Origin: a virus
Taxonomy: Duplodnaviria; Heunggongvirae; Uroviricota; Caudoviricetes
Direction: 5' to 3' (one strand)
Virus record (IMG/VR): IMGVR_UViG_3300033068_001142
Span: 1 to 48,261 of that record
Length of the DNA stretch: 48,261 bases
The position numbers and the translations under genes were made by a program. This document shows positions 29,101 through 37,981 of this stretch, piece after piece (positions within the stretch are counted from its first letter, which is position 1; the number at the start of each line of letters is the position of its first letter). A model generated the notes under the pieces. The model ran no database searches, was not told where the DNA came from, and saw only the letters and a program-made list of their open reading frames with translations.

Positions 29101-32100
29101 AGCACATAGAGATTTAGGGAGGTTTGGAGTTAAACTGTTAGAAGATGCAGGTATGGTTGAGATTACGAATGACAACATGTGGTCGATAGCAGGTGAGACT
29201 GTAGGAGCTGACGGTAGGCAAATATCAACGCTGAATACGAAAGGTGTAAGAGTATCAAAAGGTAAAGATACACTAACAGATGAAAATGTGACATTGGTTA
29301 TGGATAAAGGTATCAGACTGGTTGACAGTATCAAAGAAGTAGGTGCAAGACCTGACAATGAGCCAGTGAGTAGGTATGGAGATGCGATTAAGAGAGTAGC
29401 TAAAGTGATGTTACCTAATGCAAATAGGGTGCCAGCGACTGAGTATGTTGACAGCAACATCAAACACGATGAAGATATAGAGATTGATGAGATTACAACT
29501 GAAATATTGAAAAGAAAAATGAAGACTCCATTTAAAATGAAAGGTGGAGTATTTGGAAAAGTGTTAGAGTATATAAGAGGTATAAACGATAAGGATGAGT
29601 TAAGAGCTGAGATTAAAAAGTCGGCAGAATTAAGAAGATTCCTTGGGCTAGAGGAAAGTGGGAGTGAGCTGTTGAAAGTGAATGACAAGGGAAGTACGAT
29701 GAGCAAGTTTGACAACTTGGTTGGAATACTGGATAACTTGGATACACTTAGCAATCCAGAAGGTGTATATTACACATTCCAAGTGGATATAAATGACAGA
29801 TTTACGGTTAGAGAAACAATAGCGAATTACCAAAGTGACAAAGTATATGCAAGAGCACTGATGGCAATTGGTGCATATAGAACTAAGACTAAAGAAGGTA
29901 AAGATATATTGGTATACAGCTTAGCTGATGAGTTAAAGTCTAAAGATGATAAAGAAATGAGCGATTTAGAAGCTGTGCTAAAATATGCAGATATATATAA
30001 ACAGATTGAAGAATTAGCGAATGGAGACACTAGAAATCTGATTGAGATTATAGCAAATACAGCTAAAGAAGGAAAAGCTTTAGCACACTTAAAAGGATTA
30101 GGGGGAATTAGAATCTTGAGTTTACTTGAGGGAGCTAAGGACATACAAAAAGCTATGAAACCAGATGGAACGTTAGGAGATGTGGTTACAGAGTATATAC
30201 CAGAGAAAGATGCAAGTGCGTCTGGAGTATTTAACGTTACGATGAATATCGCAGGTAGAAATAAAGAGTTTTCGAAACAAAGGTTGATGGAGCTTGGAGT
30301 TACATTTGGTGATGAAGGAGCTAAAGAGACGAGAGATGCGTATAAGATATTGGGTGACTTGATTAAGAAGATGTTAGATAAGACTGTTGAGGTTGATGAG
30401 AGTATCGGATTACCAAAAGGTGGTGAAGATCTGATTGCGGTAAGAAGAATAAACGATGCATTAGCTGATGACAAGTTGATGAGACAACTGGCTAAATATC
30501 CGATTATGACTTGGTTTTACTCAGCAAGAGAGAAATCGATTAAAGAGAACTTGACTAGCGAGATGACGCAAGTATTGGTGGAAAGAGCGTTAGAAGGTGA
30601 CACTGGGGTGTTGAAGTACCTGTCGGATGTAATGGGTAGAGAAATTACAGCAGATAACGTTAAGTATATCAAGAAGGGTGACAAAGACCACAAAGCACTG
30701 AGAAAAGAATTGAATAAGATTGGTAGTGTATATTACAGCTACCTACAAGAAGCGTTTCCAGAGGTACAAGAGACTAAAGATGAAATGGCTGAATACTTTG
30801 AGTTTCTGACTAAGAACAGTGTGATTGACGGTAAGGATTACTGGGAAGGTAGAGTAAGAACTGGGCTTGGAGCTGTGCATGGTACGAATACAACAATGAG
30901 TCTATATAAGTGGAAAAATCAAGCAATTGATATGAGTGAGCAAGAAAAGATAGATAGAGGATTAGCTACAAAAGATGAAGCTGCATCACTGATTACAGTT
31001 AGAAATAGAATGCCAAATGAGACATCACTGATGGCACTGTTAGCTCACAATGCGGATGCTGCAGAAGCAGCGGCAATGTTGGATGGAGTAAGTGACGGTG
31101 TTGCAGTACAGTCGAAACATGATGGATTTAGCAGTAGCCCAGATGAGTTGATTAAAGGTCAAAAGAAGGCTGAAAAAGCTGCGAAAGAAGTGGCGTTGAA
31201 GTATGACTTCATCGAGGAAATGGCATGGACTATGGAACAAACAGCGAATAGAATGGAAGAGGCATTAGCAGATGCAACGCCTGAAGTTAAGAAAAAGCTG
31301 GAAGTAGCGATGAAGAAGTTAGATGACAAAGTAGCAGCGATAAGAGAAAAGAATAAGCCGAGACTAGAAGCTAAAGCTGAATTGCTGAAAGATGCTGAAA
31401 CAAGCCTGTTTGGAAAAGAAGGGTATGTGAAGCAAGAAGAAGAAGTTGCGGTTGAGGAAGAAGTAAAAACACCAGAAGCTGTGAAAGAAGAAGCAGTTGA
31501 AAAGGTATATGAGAATATATTGGATGTGATTACAGATATGGATACAGCAGATGAGAGAAAAGTAGATATCTTAGCTAACAAAGACAATGTGAAGATTGTG
31601 ACTGTGAATGCGGAAGTTGAGGCGATGTTACGTAAAAAAGGTAACAAAAGTATCAATGAGTTTCTGAAAAATGGTGGATCGTTTACGTATAACGGGACGG
31701 TGTATATCGGTAAGAAACTGATGAAAGGTATCGATGAGGTTAGTGGTAAGAGAGTTACGGCTGAGCAGATACTGGATACGGTAGCACATGAAATTGAACA
31801 TGCAGTAGCAGATAAGTATATAAGCAAAGAGCATAAGGGTGAGATTAAAGCTGAGTATGATAAGATTGTGAGTATATTAGAGAAAGCGAGTATGAGTGAG
31901 AGGGTGCCAAGAATGTCTCCAAGGGCTAGAAGCAGAATGGAGTATGTGATTGACATGACGTTAGCTGGGAATAAGATGCAAGCAGTGAAAGAGCTTGTGG
32001 CAATGGGTAGAGAGGATACAGTGTTTGCTGAAGTTATGGAGAATCTGAATAAGATGGCTGGAATACAAGGAAACTTTGTGGAAAGAGTGATTAAGAAGAT

Positions 32101-32476
32101 TTGGAATAAGGTTCAGGAGCTGATGGCTAAGACTCCAGTTAAGGAATTGCTGAAAAATACGGATGTGTATAGCTTAGGAATTGCAATAAGAAGTATACAA
32201 GATAAGGCTAGAGGTATTGAAAATAAAGGAATTGGTAAGGCAAATGCTGGTACAATTGCAGATAAATATCCAAACCCGTTTGATGAAGATTTCGTGAGTG
32301 GGTTAATGGAAAATAAAGTAGAGTCTAAGCAAGAAGAAGCTATACTACAAAAAGAAGATAGTGCTTTAATCGATGAAGCAGTAACTACTATTAATAAGCT
32401 TATAGATAATGGTTCTGGAAAAGCTTATAAAAAGTTATTAGAAGCAATAATAAAAGATATAGAAGGATGTAAATAA
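26108..32476 (+). CDS. Virion-encapsidated single-subunit RNA polymerase, N-terminal plus catalytic part (N4 gp50-like), with zincin HExxH
   Basis: DINDRF..NYQSDK (DxRGR/NPQ-like, about aa 1226), motif A EKDASASG (about 1368), motif B RQLAKYPIMTWFY (R-x3-K-x7-Y, about 1459), motif C KHDGF (about 1672), TVAHEIEH..VKELVAM. Confidence 0.88.
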   Translation: MADIYKELLNTAALMDTDPTPADTIALKAMTLEQNKQSKLKALGGLNQGSNLSESYSLTPQGNLEYNKNKIWNDATSAEVQGMLGEAASKYQIYQDNGKWFQGTGTDKKEYTGNFSDTQRAYMYGTKEDPNAVKFGLARGDLPSSDYRYLPEQATKEGYSTGKRGYGWDAGEQGVDLDKKYMDMVLPKDVAIALEGAIHGRTKALENRVYPNMLSDKGEIGSGASEYYTSAEGMLGNTQGLTAQELSVGQGKLGEYRKIVPVDEYVRPDLSGATDLESYSKSGSKLSYEDWANRGDQRDSDGIDALQVGAARWWGKTQEAAGELLKSLAEQDKEFLGKEDARLKEKYNEKVSEFRKSFNEGIKEAGEYLTKRGEFVKDNASEYYGYNDAGSKTAKAVWGELKQGNVVKALENVSTEGVLGLVAESLPERAMYYSPTTLLTSYAGNVAEAKKEAEKIAGGEISTGRMSAILIGEGLSIALDKAVFDGIISPAKAGDVIEKAAEKLAGTVPNVLLSASVKYATDKVTRVAGAVAAEGTQEVLQEGQRIATTQLGQKDVLTEENLDRLGESLVGGGLAGGAMRGGVETISTAGDVLRGPSSELQAKRLEELKSKTKEEVKNNMESSLDMTGSVELGEADREVESTLGVDSVSRMYNDSSNVDEMLAKMNEAKKQILADVYEYDEATDKFTGVKDVSKLDKVEKWFEDYGTFQADVTGKIPENIQDEIDHIKKANQTFKTAETVGESVTGMVKDKLGTMEGLSEEEKISNINKQIDDVINTYKFDEKVPGAKAAITRKVMQAYELSGMAGLGNGINLEIDKDVLESQVKETAGIKAGTTGQRLTSRDGKVVEVGSVANEELMGMLSGEGTSFPADHPNTKFRNTVVKKLDPQEAFNVTSALTEVGSKMNEAADRNIGEAGRYFKGGDVKGNMVRLMTVVANAINSQVESDTDLRSNTTGSDSSLRSGEYWAGLNNVLEQAGKDYASTYGLRLTGKDKVALAKAHRDLGRFGVKLLEDAGMVEITNDNMWSIAGETVGADGRQISTLNTKGVRVSKGKDTLTDENVTLVMDKGIRLVDSIKEVGARPDNEPVSRYGDAIKRVAKVMLPNANRVPATEYVDSNIKHDEDIEIDEITTEILKRKMKTPFKMKGGVFGKVLEYIRGINDKDELRAEIKKSAELRRFLGLEESGSELLKVNDKGSTMSKFDNLVGILDNLDTLSNPEGVYYTFQVDINDRFTVRETIANYQSDKVYARALMAIGAYRTKTKEGKDILVYSLADELKSKDDKEMSDLEAVLKYADIYKQIEELANGDTRNLIEIIANTAKEGKALAHLKGLGGIRILSLLEGAKDIQKAMKPDGTLGDVVTEYIPEKDASASGVFNVTMNIAGRNKEFSKQRLMELGVTFGDEGAKETRDAYKILGDLIKKMLDKTVEVDESIGLPKGGEDLIAVRRINDALADDKLMRQLAKYPIMTWFYSAREKSIKENLTSEMTQVLVERALEGDTGVLKYLSDVMGREITADNVKYIKKGDKDHKALRKELNKIGSVYYSYLQEAFPEVQETKDEMAEYFEFLTKNSVIDGKDYWEGRVRTGLGAVHGTNTTMSLYKWKNQAIDMSEQEKIDRGLATKDEAASLITVRNRMPNETSLMALLAHNADAAEAAAMLDGVSDGVAVQSKHDGFSSSPDELIKGQKKAEKAAKEVALKYDFIEEMAWTMEQTANRMEEALADATPEVKKKLEVAMKKLDDKVAAIREKNKPRLEAKAELLKDAETSLFGKEGYVKQEEEVAVEEEVKTPEAVKEEAVEKVYENILDVITDMDTADERKVDILANKDNVKIVTVNAEVEAMLRKKGNKSINEFLKNGGSFTYNGTVYIGKKLMKGIDEVSGKRVTAEQILDTVAHEIEHAVADKYISKEHKGEIKAEYDKIVSILEKASMSERVPRMSPRARSRMEYVIDMTLAGNKMQAVKELVAMGREDTVFAEVMENLNKMAGIQGNFVERVIKKIWNKVQELMAKTPVKELLKNTDVYSLGIAIRSIQDKARGIENKGIGKANAGTIADKYPNPFDEDFVSGLMENKVESKQEEAILQKEDSALIDEAVTTINKLIDNGSGKAYKKLLEAIIKDIEGCK

Positions 32477-35400
32477 TGAAGTGTAAAATAGGTGAAGCAA
32501 TAGAAAAAATAGAGAATCTTATTGATAAACCAGCTATTAAAAACTCTGCTGATACTCTAGCAGAACTAGAAAGAGTTAAGAGATTCCTTAACTCAGCTAG
32601 GGAGATAAAAATGTCTAAAATACAAAGTAGCACATCTCCAGAATTTATTGAGTTTCAAAAAGAAAATAATAATGAGTATGATTCTGAACTTGATACAAGT
32701 ATAGCTAATAAGTTAAAATCTATATACAAAGACATAGAAGTAATTTACTTGAGTGGTCAGAATGAAATGAGAGCTGTACTAGAAGAGCTTGGTGGAGATA
32801 TAGCTTTATTTCAGCTATCTAAAAAAAGAAAAGAGGAATTTGAGAAGAAGTTAAGAAAAGCTAGGCCAGAATTAGATAATACTAGTTTAGATAAAATACT
32901 TAGTAGTATTGAAGAGTTTAGCGAGACTGAAGCAAATGGTAATGAAAAGTTGATGAAAAAACTAGAGTTATTGGCTCTACATTGGACAATCAAAGGTAAC
33001 GTGATTCTTCCTGAAGACAGTGAAAAGGTCATGTCAGCTTTAAAAATAGCAGATAAAAATAAATTTGATCCATTTAACTATGATAGCCCAAATGATATAA
33101 ATAATGCATTTAGTCCTATAAGTGAAAAAGAATCTACTATAGATCCAGACACTTTTCTTAATAAAGGTTTTAGCAATAAACGTGAAATAGGTAATGGAGT
33201 AGTTACCTATGACGTTGCTAATACTGAAACTGGAAGAGAATCTTCTAGAAAAATAATGGATAGTCACTATGATACTAACTTTAATCCTTGGTGTTTATTG
33301 TTTAGGGATAGCTATGGTCTCACAGAAAATAGTAGTAAAATGTGGTATGAGCAATACCCTGGAAATAAAAAGATAGCTTTTAAAGATGGTAAATTGATCT
33401 CGTTTTATGGTGGTGATAAGTGGTGGGATATCCACGATGCTCCTCATAAAGGAATACCTATCATAAATAGAGGAAAATTTATAGAAGGGGAAAATAGGGT
33501 TAGAGAGTCTTCTATTGTCGATGAAAATGATGCTAATAAAGTTATAGCTGTAAATGGTTATGAACTAGGTGTTAATAAACCTGGAAATGAGTATAAAAAA
33601 TGGGATAAAGATAAAAATCTTTTATTACATATTACAAAAGATGGTACAAAAATAGCAACAGATTTTGATGGTAAAATCTCTACATTGTATCCTGATGGTT
33701 CTGGTATTATAGTATTTTCTAACGGTAAGATCCATAAAAAAGTTTTAAAGGACGGTTCTTTCACAACTTGGAATGAAGATGGTAATGTAATAGCTGAGTA
33801 CAAAGTTGAAAAAGGCTATACTAAATGGTTTAGTAATGGTACTATAAAAGAGACTGGTGATTCCCCATACTCTGATAATAACGTAAAAATATATTATGAA
33901 GATGGTTCCTTATATGAGGAAAAAATAGATTATACCACTTATAAGAGATATGATAAAAAAGGTTTTTTAGTTGATGTTTCGTATCCAAATAAATATAGAT
34001 TGAATGGATTGGACTATTTGGGGAGTGTATCCTATAACTCAGAAAATACTGAAAAAACTATTATTGTGGATTATTCTGAAAGAAAGTTTGATAAGTATAT
34101 TCAAAAAACAGTTGTTAGTAAAGATGGTACAATAAAAATATATAAAAAAAATTCTGATGATAAAGTAGATGAAATAATATACCCTGATGGCAGTGCAGAG
34201 ATGTATGACACTAGAGGAAGAATAATTCAAACTATTAGTAAAGACGGTGAAATTGAAGTTAAAAAATATGGTATTCTTGATAATATTAAAAGTTTTATTG
34301 GTTTTCAAAAAACGGATGATATAATAAAAGGGGCTGCTGTAATTAATAAGAAAAAAATACTTATTGATATTGAAAATAGATCTACAGATACATTAGCTCA
34401 TGAGTATGCACATTTTTATATAGCTGCATTCAGAGATACACCGATAGTTCAAGAAGCTATAAAGAAATGGGGTAATGAAGAAGCTTTAGTACAGGCTATT
34501 GGGGAGCAGGTAGTTAAGCAAAAAGGTGAAGTTTATAACTGGTGGAAACAGTTTAGTAAATGGATAAAAGACTTATTTGGTAGCCTAAATAAAGCCACTA
34601 AGGAAGAACTTGTTCAATTATTAACTGATGCGTTTTTAACAAATAGAGATATTAGTGCTGAGACTAAGATGAACGATGACGGAAGTATCACAGTAGCGAC
34701 ATTGGACGGTGTATATACGTTTGAGAATGGAAGTGAAAATAGCAGAAATACGTACAAAGGTAAGAGTGTTAGCATGCCGATTATGAAAGACATTGAGATG
34801 CAAGCTAGCGCTGAACTGAGTGGATTTACAGTTCCGTTTAACGTGTTATCGAGTCAAGCGAATAAGTGGGCAAGTGACTACCTAGTGGTTGGACTATCAG
34901 AAAAAGCTGGAGGTGTGTTAAAGCCATTGGTGATGAAAGCACATGCAAAAGCTAAGCAGAAGAACAGTATGTATAGAAAGACTGTGAATTTGATAGCAGA
35001 AGGGTATAGGGATTCAGAATTGCTGGCTAAGATAAGAGTGATGTTGAAAGTAACTGGAGATATCGATGACAAAAAATTAGCAGAAGTGATGACAGTGGCA
35101 TATAACAACGCTAGAATGACTAAAGAGGTGTTGGATACGAAATTGCCTGAATTGGATAAGTGGATAAAAAGAGAGTTGAGAGATGCTAAAGATAGGAAGA
35201 ATCTGAATGACATATTTGGAAGAAGTGGATTTATGCATTTGATGGACAATCCAGATGTGATTGGAGCACTGTACAGTGGAGAGACAGATGTAGATAAGCT
35301 GATAGCGAAGATACCTGCAAGTAAGTTACAGATGGAAGAAGCTGAAGCACTAAAAGAATATCTGATAGAAGGTAAAGTTAGCAATACTGGAAGAACAAAC

Positions 35401-37587
35401 GGAAATGGAAGTAAGACGGTAGAACAACTTGCAGCTCTGTTAGCTTTGAAGGATGAAGGACGTATGGATACGTTAGTTAAACTAAGAAGTAAGCATTTGG
35501 ATCTGTATGAAGAGATGCTGATGTTAAGTGGGATGGTTAAGAGCTTGCATGAAGTGGTGTATAGCGGAAGAAGAAACGCTGTAGGAACTGGAAGTGGAAG
35601 AGTATATACAGGGTATGACAGTCACGGAATGATGGATGTATATGAAGGAACTCACGAGTATAAATATGTGACTAAAGAAGAGCTGAATGGGGTGTTGAAG
35701 GATCCAAGATGGAAAGTGATTAGAACACCAGAGAAAGATGTGATTGGGATTGTAGCGAGAGAGAGTTTGAATAGCTACCAAGAAGGTATCGGATTAGACA
35801 AAGATGTGATTAGAAATGGGATTGCATTGGACAAGGATTTCGTGGAAAGTAACGTGTTAGGAAAAGGTGCAGAATGGTTAGCTAAGAATAACATCGTGTC
35901 AGATACAGATAACGGATATACGAGATATAGGGTGGTGCTAACAGCTGAAGAAAGAAGTGCGAATGGGTATATGGATAACGTTGCACATACGCTGTACAGA
36001 ACATGGGTACATAACGCACAAGTAGTGGAAATGCAAACGGTACAAGGAATTGTGACTGAAAGTATGACAGCACAAGGTGAGACTGGATTAAAGGATATGG
36101 AAGCTACGATAAAAAGAAATAACATGGTTGATGCAGATAGAAGGAGAGAGGTTAAACCGTTTCTGGATATGGAGATTAGCTATGAAGAAATGAAAGAGAA
36201 ATATCCGGAAGTATATAAGAGGTATACACCTGTGAAAAATATAAGCAACTATGCCGATATGAGAAGAAAAGTTACATATGTAAGAAAAGATATGGAAGAT
36301 ATATTGATTGGGTATAGTACTGGAAGTATATTCAAGGATGATAGCACGTTTGGAGTTGGATTACAGAGAATAGAGACAGTGTATAAGCAGTTGGTTCAGA
36401 TGTTGAAGTTGAAATTGGTGGTTGCAAATCCAGCTAAGTTAGCGATGGATACATTGAGTAACACAACGTTGCTGATGTCGATGGATGTAGGAATTGACGA
36501 GATTGCAAAAGGATTCCCAAAAGCACTGAAGTATGCAAATGAGATGAGTGGGATTGAGAGTAGGTTAGTGGTTGCGAAGATTGGATTAGCAAGAGCAGAA
36601 GCTACAGGAAAAGATACAAGAAAAGCTAAAGCAGAAGTTGAAGCAGTGATGAAAGAAATGGAAAGACATCCGTTTTACCCAGCGATTAAGAATGGATTTA
36701 TCCAGTCACAGGGTACAAGCATGTTGGTAAAAGAATATGACACGATTTCAGGGCTACAGAAGACGATTGACGATGTGGTTAAGATGGTTGTGGCAGATGA
36801 GAAAGGAAATCCAAATAAAATGCATGCTGCATTGGTGTGGATGATGAATGCAGGATTTGGGATAGATGATATATTGAATAGCGTTAGCAATATGAGTAAA
36901 GTTAAAGGAACAACATTTGGAGAAGAACTTGAAGGAATTGCAAAAAGACTAGAAGAGAAGAAAGGGAAGGATGTAATCCGAGCAGAAGAGAAGAGACTTG
37001 GAAGAAAACTGACAGAAGATGAAATTAGGGAGATTGAAAAGGATGCCGACACAGTAAGATATGTTAGCGAATTCATTGCAGCACCTAGTTCCGAGTTGGT
37101 TAGACAAGGGTCACGTGTGATGCAAATGGCAGATATAATGTCTAGATGGACGATGTATACGCATGAGATGAGTAAAGGATTGAAAGAGATTGGGTATACA
37201 TATGAGAATGAGTATAAGGCGCAACAGGATATCAAAGCAGGTAAGCTGGACAAAGCTAAGTACGATAAGATAGAATCTGATGCAGCGATTAAGGCACTGG
37301 ATACGTTTATAGATTATAGGATGAATATGCCTAGAGAGGTTAAGATGTTGAGTGATTTAGGAGTGCTGATGTTTCCAGCGTTCTGGATACGAGCACAGAA
37401 AGTGATATATAACTTAGCTAAGTACCATCCAGTGAATGCAGGGGCAGGGCTACTGCTTACAGATATGTTAGGGTTGAATGGTGCATCGATTGTGGATGCT
37501 AACTTTGTGAATAAGATGATGAATGGGACATTGGTACAAGGGGGACAGAATGTCTTAGACCCTGGTACTGTCATCCTCGGATTGTAG
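32476..37587 (+). CDS. vRNAP C-terminal-region homolog as a separate gene, with a polyvalent-type insert (zincin, PWCL domain, MORN-like repeats)
   Basis: C-terminal LKLVVANPAKL..LSN, QMADIMSRW.MY.H and FIDY..MLSDLGV.MF..FWIR..V resemble the recalled N4 gp50 C-terminus; TLAHEYAH..EEALV. Confidence 0.7.
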   Translation: MKCKIGEAIEKIENLIDKPAIKNSADTLAELERVKRFLNSAREIKMSKIQSSTSPEFIEFQKENNNEYDSELDTSIANKLKSIYKDIEVIYLSGQNEMRAVLEELGGDIALFQLSKKRKEEFEKKLRKARPELDNTSLDKILSSIEEFSETEANGNEKLMKKLELLALHWTIKGNVILPEDSEKVMSALKIADKNKFDPFNYDSPNDINNAFSPISEKESTIDPDTFLNKGFSNKREIGNGVVTYDVANTETGRESSRKIMDSHYDTNFNPWCLLFRDSYGLTENSSKMWYEQYPGNKKIAFKDGKLISFYGGDKWWDIHDAPHKGIPIINRGKFIEGENRVRESSIVDENDANKVIAVNGYELGVNKPGNEYKKWDKDKNLLLHITKDGTKIATDFDGKISTLYPDGSGIIVFSNGKIHKKVLKDGSFTTWNEDGNVIAEYKVEKGYTKWFSNGTIKETGDSPYSDNNVKIYYEDGSLYEEKIDYTTYKRYDKKGFLVDVSYPNKYRLNGLDYLGSVSYNSENTEKTIIVDYSERKFDKYIQKTVVSKDGTIKIYKKNSDDKVDEIIYPDGSAEMYDTRGRIIQTISKDGEIEVKKYGILDNIKSFIGFQKTDDIIKGAAVINKKKILIDIENRSTDTLAHEYAHFYIAAFRDTPIVQEAIKKWGNEEALVQAIGEQVVKQKGEVYNWWKQFSKWIKDLFGSLNKATKEELVQLLTDAFLTNRDISAETKMNDDGSITVATLDGVYTFENGSENSRNTYKGKSVSMPIMKDIEMQASAELSGFTVPFNVLSSQANKWASDYLVVGLSEKAGGVLKPLVMKAHAKAKQKNSMYRKTVNLIAEGYRDSELLAKIRVMLKVTGDIDDKKLAEVMTVAYNNARMTKEVLDTKLPELDKWIKRELRDAKDRKNLNDIFGRSGFMHLMDNPDVIGALYSGETDVDKLIAKIPASKLQMEEAEALKEYLIEGKVSNTGRTNGNGSKTVEQLAALLALKDEGRMDTLVKLRSKHLDLYEEMLMLSGMVKSLHEVVYSGRRNAVGTGSGRVYTGYDSHGMMDVYEGTHEYKYVTKEELNGVLKDPRWKVIRTPEKDVIGIVARESLNSYQEGIGLDKDVIRNGIALDKDFVESNVLGKGAEWLAKNNIVSDTDNGYTRYRVVLTAEERSANGYMDNVAHTLYRTWVHNAQVVEMQTVQGIVTESMTAQGETGLKDMEATIKRNNMVDADRRREVKPFLDMEISYEEMKEKYPEVYKRYTPVKNISNYADMRRKVTYVRKDMEDILIGYSTGSIFKDDSTFGVGLQRIETVYKQLVQMLKLKLVVANPAKLAMDTLSNTTLLMSMDVGIDEIAKGFPKALKYANEMSGIESRLVVAKIGLARAEATGKDTRKAKAEVEAVMKEMERHPFYPAIKNGFIQSQGTSMLVKEYDTISGLQKTIDDVVKMVVADEKGNPNKMHAALVWMMNAGFGIDDILNSVSNMSKVKGTTFGEELEGIAKRLEEKKGKDVIRAEEKRLGRKLTEDEIREIEKDADTVRYVSEFIAAPSSELVRQGSRVMQMADIMSRWTMYTHEMSKGLKEIGYTYENEYKAQQDIKAGKLDKAKYDKIESDAAIKALDTFIDYRMNMPREVKMLSDLGVLMFPAFWIRAQKVIYNLAKYHPVNAGAGLLLTDMLGLNGASIVDANFVNKMMNGTLVQGGQNVLDPGTVILGL

Positions 37588-37710
37588 GGTTTGAGTTACG
37601 TGGTAAATCACGTAACCAACTAAGGCGATTACAAGTACCCAAAAAGATACATATGCTACCACTAAGATTAACAAGATTGTTACAGTATGTAAAAGTGCTT
37701 TAAAATTCAT
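37555..37710 (-). CDS. Small membrane protein, 51 aa, not in the ORF track; overlaps the 3' end of the 1703-aa gene
   Basis: Read by hand: MNFKALLHTVTILLILVVAYVSFWVLVIALVGYVIYHVTQTLQSEDDSTRV; ATGA overlap with the upstream gene. Confidence 0.65.
   Translation of the reverse strand: MNFKALLHTVTILLILVVAYVSFWVLVIALVGYVIYHVTQTLQSEDDSTRV
37591..37619. terminator. Hairpin at the convergence of the two transcription blocks
   Basis: TTG-A-GTTACGTG GTAAAT CACGTAAC-CAA; no clear U-tract. Confidence 0.4.
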
Positions 37711-37928
37711 ATGTTAAACTTTGGTGGTGAAAAGTATAAGAATAGGGAAACTAAGGCTGAGGTAATAGTTCCAACTACTAGTGCGCCGTATGAGCCACTA
37801 AATAGTAACATTACAATAACTAGGAGGAATAGGTCGAGGGATGCGTCAGCGTATCTAGCTCGATCAAACTTCCATTTAATGAAAGCGATATTGAAAAAAG
37901 TTACAATACCTATAATTAAAAATTCCAT
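37707..37928 (-). CDS. Small multi-TM membrane protein, 73 aa; likely true start at 37928
   Basis: AAAGGAG RBS before MEFLIIGIV; hydrophobic helices. Confidence 0.7.
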   Translation of the reverse strand: MEFLIIGIVTFFNIAFIKWKFDRARYADASLDLFLLVIVMLLFSGSYGALVVGTITSALVSLFLYFSPPKFNI

Positions 37929-37953
37929 AAAAACTCCTTTAGTAAGTATATTA

Positions 37954-37973
37954 GAACACTCCGAAGAGTGCTC
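37954..37973 (-). promoter_or_regulatory. cUUCGg tetraloop hairpin (terminator or mRNA stabiliser)
   Basis: Minus strand GAGCACTC-TTCG-GAGTGTTC, intergenic. Confidence 0.65.
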
Positions 37974-37981
37974 CGATATGC

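Noticed and set aside
27403-31956. Long antisense ORFs (264, 236, 215 and 265 aa) opposite the vRNAP
   Set aside because: Ser/Leu/Phe-rich mirror translations caused by the biased sense-strand codon use; no RBS or motifs
225-37574. Other short minus-strand ORFs inside the late genes
   Set aside because: Fully nested antisense to well-supported genes with low-complexity composition
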